In this document: one piece after another, positions 20,301 to 30,047 of the stretch
Layout: every line of letters begins with the position of its first letter
Position numbering within the stretch: position 1 is the first letter of the stretch
IMG/VR virus record: IMGVR_UViG_3300045947_000193
Location: 2,384-66,383 of that record
Direction: 5' to 3' (one strand)
Length of the DNA: 64,000 bases
Source of the DNA: a virus
The notes under the pieces: model-generated
What the model was told of the DNA's origin: nothing
What the model saw: the letters and a program-made list of their open reading frames with translations, nothing else
The model's database searches: none
Program-made: the position numbers and the translations under genes

Positions 20301-20831
20301 CCGATGACCAGGAGTATGCCGCTGACCTGCTAGAGGAAATGTGTGGCCCGCTGGATGAACTCCTAGCCGAGTACAAGGACGCCTTCACCCCGGCACAAAC
20401 GAAGAAGCTAGGAGAAATCCGTGACTGCATAGAGGAAATGCTCACCGAACTCCAGGAGAGCCCAGACGATGTCTGAGGACTGGCGCAGTGACCTGGAAAC
20501 CGCCCTCTTTACCCGGCTGCCCGCCCATGAGCCGGACTGGACCTATGAGGGGAGCCAGTACGTGGCAGAGCGGGCACTAGAGGACGTGCGTGGACAACTG
20601 TACTTTGTGGAAACGTGGAGCGACCGACGCACGCACAAGGTAGCGGGGAGCTGGCGCCTGGCCCTAGAGGCTGGCGCCTTTGTGGGTGTCCCCGACTGGC
20701 TGTTACAGCGCAGCGTGGACACCCTAGTGCAGGCGATAGCGCGCGAACGTCCGAAGCCCAAGACGCGCACCGAGCCCGAGACGTTCAACCCTGGGAGATT
20801 TGCCGCACAGGAAGGCCGCAGACGTGGCTAG
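20297..20831 (+). CDS. Two small hypothetical ORFs (20297-20476, 20469-20831)
   Basis: RBS and coupled starts. Confidence 0.45.
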
Positions 20832-21277
20832 CGCCCCGCCCGCTCTGCCTGCTCCCGTAATTCCTTGATACGCTGCTCTGCGCCTGTGGTGCGTGGCTCA
20901 CTGGCAGGCCGCGCCGCTGGCTGTGCCGTAGGCGTGGGCGTGGCATGGAGCGCCGCGCCTGTGAAGAGGAGCACCCCGGCAAGTAGGCCCGCCGCCATGC
21001 ACGTCCCCAGCGTGGTGAGGACCTCGACGACCAGGCTGGCACTGCCTGGCTTGTCTGGAGGGACCGCGCCCGGCGCACTAGGGAGGACGGCGATCACCAG
21101 CGCGAAGGGACCCAGCACGTAGGTGAGGAGACTCCACACCACCGCACTACGCCCACGGACCAGGGCACAGTAGGCCACCAGCCACCGGAAAGGGAAGCTC
21201 AGGAGAATCACGACCACCGCCAGCAGGAAGAGGGGAGCAACACCCCCGTACCAGGGGGACCAGGTTGGCGTACCCAT
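20828..21277 (-). CDS. Multi-pass membrane protein
   Basis: Three hydrophobic segments; AYCALVRGRSAVVWSLL..LGPFALVIAVLP. Confidence 0.65.
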   Translation of the reverse strand: MGTPTWSPWYGGVAPLFLLAVVVILLSFPFRWLVAYCALVRGRSAVVWSLLTYVLGPFALVIAVLPSAPGAVPPDKPGSASLVVEVLTTLGTCMAAGLLAGVLLFTGAALHATPTPTAQPAARPASEPRTTGAEQRIKELREQAERAGR

Positions 21278-21317
21278 AGGGGAGCCTTTCAGGGCGCCCG
21301 CCTGGACGCCCGCGTAG

Positions 21318-21590
21318 TTAGTTCATCAGTGCACGGGGAAGCAGCACCGCCGCCCCGACAATGCGCTGCCCGGCGATCATAGAGGCGTAGTAGTTAAATG
21401 CCAGGTTCTGCCAGAGCCCTTCCTCATTGACCAGCATGCACATGGTAGGATGGCCTGGCACCCCGACCAGCTCTATGTAGCCCGCTACTGCCTCTTGTAA
21501 GGCTTTGAGCCAGGCACCATCTCCGTCTGGCTTGGCCAGTGGCCGGGTGCTCCCGTCGACCTCGATCACAATGGCGCCGTCTTGCTCCAT
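21318..21590 (-). CDS. DUF3846-like protein
   Basis: LKALQEAVAGYIELV...MLVNEEGL..L.FN..AS....IVG. Confidence 0.75.
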   Translation of the reverse strand: MEQDGAIVIEVDGSTRPLAKPDGDGAWLKALQEAVAGYIELVGVPGHPTMCMLVNEEGLWQNLAFNYYASMIAGQRIVGAAVLLPRALMN

Positions 21591-21592
21591 AC

Positions 21593-22126
21593 TTATGCAA
21601 CCCTACCTTTCTGCCGTTCGTGTTCGTGGTGTTCAACGTGGCAGTTGGCACATAACAGCTCAAAGCGCTCTGGGTGTGCCACCAGTTCCCGTATGGAGGT
21701 ACCACCCTTTTTCGTCCAGGCGTACTTTTCATGGCTTACTTTATGATGGAAATGCAGCGCGGCTGTGCAACGGGCATACCCACACCTAGCACAACAGCCC
21801 CCGAACCGCTGCAGCATGTCTCGCCTTTGCTGGCGTTCCTTCCTACGCCAGCGGATTTTTTCACAATGCGGGCAGCGTTGCTTCCACCGTTCATAGCCCT
21901 GATAACTGAGCGGGCTCTCACAGTCACAACAACGCCGTTCTGGTTTCAAGTCAACGCTCAGACATCTGTGCTCAGCGTGAGGGGAAGCGAGCATAAGACC
22001 GCACGCCTGGCAGCGTATGGCAAGCGTACAGGCTCTGCACATCGTTGTCTTGCGGTCTGGACGGTCAGCAATAGAGGCGCCGCAGCCTGTACAGGGCATC
22101 AAAGGATAGGCCATTCTTTGCTCCAT
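21593..22126 (-). CDS. HNH-type zinc-finger endonuclease
   Basis: FGGCCARCGY..C.AALHFHH...ELLCANCHVEHH. Confidence 0.75.
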   Translation of the reverse strand: MEQRMAYPLMPCTGCGASIADRPDRKTTMCRACTLAIRCQACGLMLASPHAEHRCLSVDLKPERRCCDCESPLSYQGYERWKQRCPHCEKIRWRRKERQQRRDMLQRFGGCCARCGYARCTAALHFHHKVSHEKYAWTKKGGTSIRELVAHPERFELLCANCHVEHHEHERQKGRVA

Positions 22127-22400
22127 GAGACAGGGGACCCGTAGGCCCCCCGCCAGGTGTCAGGCTGTCGCCCCGTTGAAAGGCAGCTCCATGTCTGCCT
22201 GCTCTGCCAGGGCTTCCAGGGCGTGCACCGCCGCCCGTAATTCCGGGAGGTGTGCCGGGGAGAGTTGCAGGCTCAGGCCGTGGCCATCGCCGTGGTACCC
22301 GGCTCTGTAGAGGGTAATCGCCTCAATTTCCGGGTGCACGGTGAGGAGCAGATGCTCATGAGGATGGAGGACAAAGCATTGATCTATCCAGGTTTGCATG

Positions 22401-23084
22401 CTACTCCTCCCCCAATTCTTCCAGGCTGACCATGTCGATATTGAGCGCATCGCGCAACACGCGGGACTTGGCCCGTGTGAGCGCCACCCTCCTGAAATGT
22501 GCCCCCACTTTCTTGGTGACGTTGTCCGGGCTGGCGTCGCCGCACTCTGCGAACCGACCAAACGGGAAGACAGCCACCGCATGCGCCAGGGAGAGGGTGG
22601 CATCGTTATAGGTCCACTCCGCCGCCAACTCGATCAAGCCCCGCTCATGCGCCAGGGCCAGCAGGCCCGCGTATTTGATGAAGGGCTTCCCCTGTATCAG
22701 AGCAATGTATTGCTGGGGAATGACCGGCGCCAGCCTGGCCACCGGCGCCAGGGCTGGCAGCTCCTCTGCGCCTGCCTCACCCTGGAGCAGCGCCAGGACC
22801 CGCCGATGCATGCCCGCTGCTATCCTGTGCTGGCACATGCCGCCATGGGGAGCTTTTTCCGCGTCTGGACAGGGACACACGCCATTGAGCGCGTAGTGCT
22901 TCGTGGGGTCCGTCAGACTCTGCACGCTGTAGCCGTGCGCCGTCTGGATGACCCCGCCCTGCGTCAGGATAGTGACCGCCCGCGCAATGCGCCCGTTCGC
23001 CTCTGGGAGCGCATGGGTAGCCCGGCTGGCCACCTCTTGCACCAGTGCCGGGAACCGGGGATCAGTGTGGAGAGAGTGCGCCAT
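22401..23084 (-). CDS. SWIM zinc finger fused to a Rad52/Sak-like annealing domain
   Basis: CPCPD......MCQHRIA; IQGKPFIKYAGLLALAHERG...GDASPDNV...HFRRVALTRAKSRVLRDALNI. Confidence 0.6.
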   Translation of the reverse strand: MAHSLHTDPRFPALVQEVASRATHALPEANGRIARAVTILTQGGVIQTAHGYSVQSLTDPTKHYALNGVCPCPDAEKAPHGGMCQHRIAAGMHRRVLALLQGEAGAEELPALAPVARLAPVIPQQYIALIQGKPFIKYAGLLALAHERGLIELAAEWTYNDATLSLAHAVAVFPFGRFAECGDASPDNVTKKVGAHFRRVALTRAKSRVLRDALNIDMVSLEELGEE

Positions 23085-23494
23085 CTAGCACCCCCTCTCT
23101 GCGTCCGCCAGCCGCTGGGCTTCGATCACGTCCCACCGACCCAGCAGGACCAGTGCCGGGTGTGCGTGGGCCAGCAGTTGGAACGTGCTGGTCCCCTCTG
23201 CCTGGTACACAAAGCCACCGGGGACACAGTCCGCCGTCCCTGGCGTGTCGCCCAGGTGTGCAAAGTAGCGGTGCGAATGCCACTTGCGGCCCTGGATGGT
23301 TTTGGTTACTGTCTTCTGCATCTGAGTGCCTCTCGTTAGGTGTTCAGGACCAGAGGGCAGCCTGTACTTGTCGAGGGTGACGGGCTGCCCTTTGTTGTGT
23401 TCTAATTATACAAGCAAAGAATAATGAATGCGATAAGTATTGAACAAGTTATAATGATAGAGTAGGCTCTTTTTTTTGAGAGAGGAGGACCACT

Positions 23495-23752
23495 ATGGAA
23501 GCAACCAGGACCTGGGAAATCACCCTGGGTGCGCGGATACGGCGAGCCCGGCAACGCCTACCCATGAGTCAGGCTGAGCTATCCCGCCGCCTGGGGATCA
23601 CCCGCAATGCCATGAACTTGATAGAGATGGGACGCAGCGACCCGCGCGCCAGCCGTGTCAAAGAGATTGCATCTATCTTGCGTGTGAGCACTGATTATTT
23701 ACTTGGGATGGAAGAGGAGTACAGCACCGATGCTCAGCGATCCGCCGTATAA
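23495..23752 (+). CDS. XRE-family HTH regulator (second switch)
   Basis: LGARIRRARQRLPMSQAELSRRLGITRNAMNLIEMGRSDPR...LRVSTDYLLG; AT-rich divergent promoter region 23392-23480. Confidence 0.9.
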   Translation: MEATRTWEITLGARIRRARQRLPMSQAELSRRLGITRNAMNLIEMGRSDPRASRVKEIASILRVSTDYLLGMEEEYSTDAQRSAV

Positions 23753-24095
23753 CGACATCGACGCACTAGGCGACTGCTGCGACCGCAGCCACGCGCTAGG
23801 GTATGATCACTGCCCCATATGCCAGGGGAGCGCAACGCTCACACTCCCCCCGGCCACCCCCCAGGCCCTCTTGTTGGACCTGGAAGACCAGATGCGCCAC
23901 CAACGGGAGAGCAGCACCCCGGTAGCGCCCTGGCAGCTCGATATATGGATAACCCTGGTCAATCAGGCCAGGCGACGTATGCAGGAGAGGTAAGGCTCTA
24001 CATAGACAAAGAGCATAGACCAGGGAACGCCAGCCAGCACCCCTATGCCTATGCTCCTTGATGGTCCGTACCACGTACCATGGAAGAGAGTATAC

Positions 24096-24704
24096 ATGAC
24101 AGCAAGTGGTTATATCTATGCCATAGGAGTAGACGGTAGCCCTGGTGTCAAAATTGGTTGTACGCGGACGGCTGTAGCAAAACGTCTGGCACAGCTCCAA
24201 ACAGGGCACGCTGAGCAGCTCACCCTTTTTGCAGCAGTAGAAGTCAGAGAGCACCTTTTTGCTGTGGAAGACCTCATCCACCGCGCCCTTGTTGCGCACC
24301 AACTAACCGGAGAGTGGTTTGCATGCACCATGACGCCAGAACGTCTCAGCGCGTTGGTCACACAAGCCCAGGCGACACTCTCACGCACGCCAGCGACCGA
24401 TGGAGAGGACGCGATCATTGACGACATTTTAGCGGCATGTGGACTGAGTACCTCGCAGAAAATGTTGCTCATTGTCCTTGCGTCTCTCCCCCCACTGGCG
24501 ACCGGAGGCGTCCCTCCCTCTCTCCGTCGCCTGGCGCAGCGCAGTAGCCTGGCCCTCTCCACGGTCTGCACGCTCCTCAAGGACCTCACAGAGCGTGGCT
24601 ACCTGACCGTCCAACGCAGGCACGGCCACAGGCAGGGCAATGACTACCGCATCAACCGCGCGCGCCTGGCGCAGGCCGACCATGTCAGAGAGGGGAGCAT
24701 ATGA
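24096..24704 (+). CDS. GIY-YIG (T5orf172-like) domain fused to a replication-type HTH
   Basis: GYIYAIG...VKIGCT...RLAQLQTG...GEWF; then PSLRRLAQRSSLALSTVCTLLKDLTERGYL. Confidence 0.75.
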   Translation: MTASGYIYAIGVDGSPGVKIGCTRTAVAKRLAQLQTGHAEQLTLFAAVEVREHLFAVEDLIHRALVAHQLTGEWFACTMTPERLSALVTQAQATLSRTPATDGEDAIIDDILAACGLSTSQKMLLIVLASLPPLATGGVPPSLRRLAQRSSLALSTVCTLLKDLTERGYLTVQRRHGHRQGNDYRINRARLAQADHVREGSI

Positions 24705-25687
24705 CGTATGCTATCCATCCCCCTCAGCTTGAGGCGATCTTTGGGGACAACACCCTCAGCCCGTCAAAAAAACTCCTCTTACTTGTGCTGCAGAGCCATG
24801 CGAGTGGTCCAGGGCAAGGCGTGTATCCCTCACTGCGCCGCCTTGCTTCATATAGCGGGCTTTCTCTCGCGCATGTCTGCACGCTTTTACCCGAACTGGA
24901 AGCCAGCGGACACCTGGCTATTCAACACCGCCAGGGTCCGAAAGGCGGCAATGTGTATGTACTGACCCTCTCCACTGTACCAGTAACTGGAGCACCATCT
25001 ACTGGAGCTGTACCAGTGGCTGGTACTCATCAGGCTGGTGCTCCACTGGCTGGAACAGAATTAAATACTGAAAGGGAAAAGGCTTTAATTCTCTTCCAGA
25101 CCCCAGAGCACCAGTCAGTGGTGCTCCAGCCAGTGGTACACCCGACCACCGTCAACGAGGCTGGCGCCCACTGGCTACGCCATCAAAGCGGTATAGACCC
25201 TCACCATGACTTTTATGGTGCACTTGCTGGGACTCCGCCGTCAGAACCCGAGACCACCCTAGAGCCGCCAACACCCCCAGCCGAATGGTCCACCATAGAG
25301 CTAGAGACTCCCCCTACCGACCCGGCGAACGCGGACACCCCCGTTATTGACATCACCCAGCGCACACCCCGGAAGCCCCGCACCCGCAATGCACCTGGAA
25401 CGGCGCCGCTGAAGCTGGGCAAGCTGTGCCCCCGTGGCCATGAGCATGAAGAGACAGGGATGAGTCTCCGCCGTGTCCCAAGTGGAAGTTGCGACCTCTG
25501 CGAACGGGAGCGGCAACGGGAACGCGACCGCGCCAAAAACCCCAACCCACGCGCCCACAAGCCCTATAACTGGCAGCGACCGCCAGCCACCGCGCGCGTC
25601 ATTCTCGCCCCAGGGGAAGCCCCTCGACAGCGCGAACACCGGGCGCATGCCCTGCATGTTGCGCAACAAGGAGCAAAACATGAGTAA
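24701..25687 (+). CDS. Second replication initiator-like HTH protein
   Basis: LSPSKKLLLLVL...VYPSLRRLASYSGLS...LEASGHL...NVYVL; internal repeats; C-terminal CPRGH...CDLC zinc finger. Confidence 0.7.
   Translation: MTYAIHPPQLEAIFGDNTLSPSKKLLLLVLQSHASGPGQGVYPSLRRLASYSGLSLAHVCTLLPELEASGHLAIQHRQGPKGGNVYVLTLSTVPVTGAPSTGAVPVAGTHQAGAPLAGTELNTEREKALILFQTPEHQSVVLQPVVHPTTVNEAGAHWLRHQSGIDPHHDFYGALAGTPPSEPETTLEPPTPPAEWSTIELETPPTDPANADTPVIDITQRTPRKPRTRNAPGTAPLKLGKLCPRGHEHEETGMSLRRVPSGSCDLCERERQRERDRAKNPNPRAHKPYNWQRPPATARVILAPGEAPRQREHRAHALHVAQQGAKHE
24980..25090 (+). repeat. Iteron-like repeats / putative origin 2
   Basis: Five 11-mers ending CTGG (mostly CCA-N4-CTGG) at 24980, 24995, 25013, 25028, 25043, followed by an AT-rich tract. 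Confidence 0.55.
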
Positions 25688-26017
25688 CGTGATCGACCGC
25701 ATAACCTACCGCCCTTTGCAACGCCCTGGCTTCGTCATGCGCCCGCCCGAGGATGGCCACCTGTGCGAAAAGGTCCGCACCCGTGGTGGTATCTGTACGC
25801 GCCGGTCCTGGCGTTGGTTTCTCCTGCCCCCGCGTGACGGCGCCCCTGGCTGCCGGGTGCAGCTCTGCCGCTTCCATGCCACGGACGCGGAGCGCACACT
25901 AGGCGCCACGGACATCACTGTTGACGTGCTCTGCGAAGGCCAGACCTATCCCTGTGGGCACACCCATCAGGTACCCTACCCGCGTCCGATGCCCTCTTTT
26001 GGTAGGAGAGCACCCGC

Positions 26018-26518
26018 ATGAGCACCGACGCCGACGAAACCGGCTACCTCCTGGTGCAACGCCGCCAGTGCGCAACGTGCATCTACCGCAAAGAGAGCAG
26101 GCTCAGCCTGGCCAAGCTAGAGGCGGACATTGCCGACCCGCGCAAGGCTGGCTATTTTCTGGGGTATAGAGTCTGCCACCACAGCAAAGATGTGTGCTGC
26201 CGTGGCTTCTGGAACCGGCACCGCTGGCGCTTCACCTTGGGCCAGATTGCGCAACGCCTGGGCTTCGTGCGCTATGTCGACGTGGACCGCTTTGCTGAGG
26301 AAAGGACCCCGATGCAGACCCTGGACTTGCGCGCCTTGCGCACCACCCACCATATGAGTCAGCAAGACCTGGCCACCCGGCTGGGCTGTTATACGGCCAA
26401 CCACCTGGCGCGCGTCGAACGCGGGGAGCTGCCCATCAGCCCCAAGCTCGCCCGGCTGCTGCAGGCCCTGTTCCCGGCGTGCACCAGTGATATAGATTGC
26501 TCTATGCAGAATAAATAG
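26018..26518 (+). CDS. Cys-rich domain fused to an XRE HTH
   Basis: QCATCIY...CHH...CCRGF; then LRALRTTHHMSQQDLATRLG...LARVERGE. Confidence 0.65.
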   Translation: MSTDADETGYLLVQRRQCATCIYRKESRLSLAKLEADIADPRKAGYFLGYRVCHHSKDVCCRGFWNRHRWRFTLGQIAQRLGFVRYVDVDRFAEERTPMQTLDLRALRTTHHMSQQDLATRLGCYTANHLARVERGELPISPKLARLLQALFPACTSDIDCSMQNK

Positions 26519-26525
26519 GTACACT
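26492..26525 (+). promoter_or_regulatory. Sigma-70 promoter with a palindrome over the -35
   Basis: TTGCTC(26497)-N17-TACACT(26520); ATAGA-ttgc-TCTAT at 26492-26505. Confidence 0.55.
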
Positions 26526-26569
26526 GTCCGGGTGTCCCATAGTTCACCCTCGACACCGAAAGGCACCCG

Positions 26570-29521
26570 ATGGCACGGAAAGCACAGAGCCTGGACAGTC
26601 TCATAGTCAAGGCCGCAGACAAGATGCTCCGATCAAACCCGGACTATCCCAGCCATGTATGTGTGATGCGTGGCCGTACTGGCTTCTGGGCGTATGTCCC
26701 ACAGTGGGGACCGCCCAAATATCAAGACTCCAACACCTGGCCCACCTGGCAGCAGGCTGTCCAGGACATTATTGACGGCTACGAGCCAGAGCGCCTGGCC
26801 AGTGATGATGAGATAGAGGAGTAACTCATGACCTCTCAATTTATCACCTATCAGGGAGTACAGATGAGCCCAGACTGGCCTGCAAAGATTCGTGCAGCAC
26901 AGCACCAGACGACTCTTGTCATACATGGGCACGTCTATGACCGCATTCCCTATGGAGCCGAAGCGCGCCCTAGTGCCGTCTTGCCAGCGCCATGCCGTGA
27001 TTGTGGCGTACTTGTTGGGCAGTTCCATGTCCATCATTGCTGTATAGAAGCCTGCCCGCGCTGTGGCACAGGCCAACGTATTACGTGCGACGTGGACGGA
27101 TGCCCCGCAGAAAGGGATGTATGACCACAACGGAGATGATCACCCTCACGATCACCGGCGACACCCTAGAGCACCTCAACACCATTGTGGACCAGACCGG
27201 CGAGACACACCTGCAAGCTGTTATGCGCCTGGTAGCGCTGGAGCGGGCACGCCTGGTCGACGCCGGGCACGCGCGCGCCAAGGGCGCCAAACGTCCCAGC
27301 ATGCGGAAACTCATCCGGGTAGGCCAGCGCCTGGTCCGCTGGGACGGCCAGCGCGGCTACGTCAACCTCAACAGTCAGGGCGTCCGCGTCTATGGCCCTG
27401 GCGAACTGTTCACCATCCACTGGCAGGATGAAGAGGGGAATTTTGACGGCGACGAGACCGCCATGCTGGAAACCCTGGAAGAGTTAGGGATCACCTGGGG
27501 AAAAGGCGTCATGCGCTGGGCACGCTAGGGGGAGCGATGGCGATCAGAACACAAATCCGCGTAGGCCAGAACGTGCGCCGGGATGATGGTATCACGGGCT
27601 ACGTCGACACCAACCCCGAAGGCATCACCCTCTATGGCCCGTGGCATCATTTCCGCATTGTCTGGGACGATGGCAGCGACGAAGTCCGCCGCGTCTCAGA
27701 CCTTGCCCATGAAGGCATCACCCTCACCCCAGGGCGTAGGCGCCTGGGATGTTAGGGGGAGGCACACCCATGCAAACCCGCATCACTTACCACGTCATGG
27801 CTGACGTGTACAGAAACATTGACGTTGACGACTATGCCACGTATCTGCGCCTCACGCTGGCCGCGCGCTATCCCACGGCGCAGATTTGCATCCACACCGT
27901 CCAGGGCGATGGTCCCCTACCGTCCAACAGGATCGAAGCCAACACCGCGCAAGAAGTGGAAGACATCATACAGACCATGGCGGACCTCTGGGAGACGTAT
28001 CGACGCGCCAGTGCACACGCCAGGAGGGCATACATGAGCCAGAACCCCGACGACACCACCCCCGAGCCCGACGAGGGCTACTACCGGCCTGAAGGCCAGC
28101 CCTATGCCAACGAGCAGGAAGCCATTGACGCGCTCAATCGCGACCTGGACCGGCTACTAGGGGACGACGCCCTCAACGCCCACATCAATAAAGTGCTGGG
28201 CACACCGGAGGGCACAGACCACGGTTTCAGGATTATCCGCAACGAGACGCCGCGCCATGATGCCCTGACCTGGACCACCGACCAGCCCGACACCACCGGC
28301 GCCAGGCACACCACCTACCCGCCGCCTCTCTTCATGGCGGAGGAGTTGAACACGCCCGGCAACCCGGACTGCCATTGTACGAACCCCATGCAGGCTATGT
28401 TCTGTCTTGAAGGGCACATGATGGAATGCCATGCGGGCATGGACTGTGCTACGGCCCGCTGTAGTCACCTGGCACGGTACGAATAACGGTAAAAGTAACG
28501 GTATCCGTCAAGGAGTAGAACTATGGCCACCGAAGACACCCCGGAGTATATGAGCCACGCCTGTGCCCACTGTGGCACGCTCTTGGCCGCGAGCTACCCG
28601 TATGCGTACTGCATACCCTGCCAGGAGGGCCAGCACTGCGCCCATGGCGTGCTGTACAAGGACGTGTGCAACCGCTGCAATGTGGAGAGTGATTTTGCCT
28701 ATGACGCCTGGCGTGAGAAAAGGTAAGCGAGAAAGGACCCACCCTATGACAACATCCGTATCCTGTAGCTGGTGTCATGCCATGAATGACAGCACCATCC
28801 ACTGGTGCGTTGCGTGTGGACACGACGCCCAGCAACCCCGCATCCTGTGTCGCCGCCCACAGTGCCAGCGCACCTATCCCATCCAGGCCGAGATTCCCCC
28901 CGCACCACCGGAGGGCGACCATGCGCCATGATGAAGACGGCTATACCTGCCCCTGTGGACGATACCATCCCTTTCCTGGCTACGTCTACAACCATCGCAA
29001 CACCGACCTGGCCCACCGCTGCCCGTGTGGCCGTATGGCCCACATACGCAACACCCATGTCTTTCAGATCACCGGCGAGCCCGTCACAGCAGCCCCCTGT
29101 TGCTGCACCATCGGCCACCGCTGCCCGTGGGCGTGGCAGCTCATTATCCTGGCACAGCAGGCCAGAGCCCGACACCAGATCACCATCCTTGACCAGGCCC
29201 GACGTGACTACTGCACGCATCTCCAGGACGCTGGCGCCCTCCCGCGCGCCCCTGGTGTCAGTAGTATGCCAGACCTGTGCACGATCACCATGGCGGAGGA
29301 CCCCCGCTGCCCACAGTGCCCCCCGCTGGCGGAGGGCACGCACCATGACTGAGGACGTAGAGTATCACCAATGCCGTAGGTGTCGAGCACAGGCCAGCTT
29401 TGTGGTGAACGTCGACAACTGGAATTACTGGTACTGCGTCAGCCATACCGACTGGACGCAGGCCGTGTTCGCGCCCACCCCACCCGAACCCCCGCCCGGC
29501 TACCATGACCTGGAATACTGA
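26570..29521 (+). CDS. Operon of ~9 small hypothetical ORFs (26570-26824, 26828-27124, 27121-27528, 27537-27755, 27770-28486, 28523-28726 and others)
   Basis: Consecutive RBS-led short ORFs, many Cys/His-rich. Confidence 0.5.
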
Positions 29522-29533
29522 CCTGTCACGCAT

Positions 29534-29554
29534 GGGCGCTAGCTCCTAGCGCCC
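29534..29554. terminator. GC hairpin closing the small-ORF operon
   Basis: GGGCGCTAG-CTC-CTAGCGCCC followed by a pyrimidine-rich tract. Confidence 0.5.
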
Positions 29555-29611
29555 TCTCCCTTCCCGCGTGTCTCTCTATTTGTACCCCTCTCAACATTCG
29601 TGTATCCTCTT

Positions 29612-29635
29612 GATAAGTTATCTTGATACATTATC
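29612..29635. promoter_or_regulatory. Tandem GATA-N3-TATC operator before the head module
   Basis: GATAagtTATC-TT-GATAcatTATC. Confidence 0.75.
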
Positions 29636-29666
29636 GCGACGGTGAGACGCCAGGGAGAATGCGCCC

Positions 29667-30044
29667 ATGCCAGAAGCTGTCCCGGTCTTTACCTTCCTCA
29701 TGACCCCACGCGCGAGCCGTACCCCGTTGTGTGTGCATACCTTTTACAAGGGCCAGCCCGAAGTCTGGATACTTGCCCTGGACTGCACCCCCGCGCTTCC
29801 CCCTGGCATCCTCCCGGCTGACGTGCTGGTCACCGCCCTGGACTGTACGGACGGCAGCGACGCCACCGAGGTAGTCCTGGCCGACGCCAGCACCCCCATT
29901 GCTGGCGCCCTGGCACAGATCGTAGTCAAGGAGGGGACCCCGGAGCATGCCTACAGCCTGGACATGCAGGTAACCCTGGATGATGACCTAGCCACCGTCA
30001 TGACGGAAACCGTGATGATGAGCATTTTGCCGGAGGGGACCTAG
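29667..30044 (+). CDS. Putative virion adaptor-like protein
   Basis: Beta-rich ORF directly before the portal; function inferred from position only. Confidence 0.4.
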   Translation: MPEAVPVFTFLMTPRASRTPLCVHTFYKGQPEVWILALDCTPALPPGILPADVLVTALDCTDGSDATEVVLADASTPIAGALAQIVVKEGTPEHAYSLDMQVTLDDDLATVMTETVMMSILPEGT

Positions 30045-30047
30045 TCT

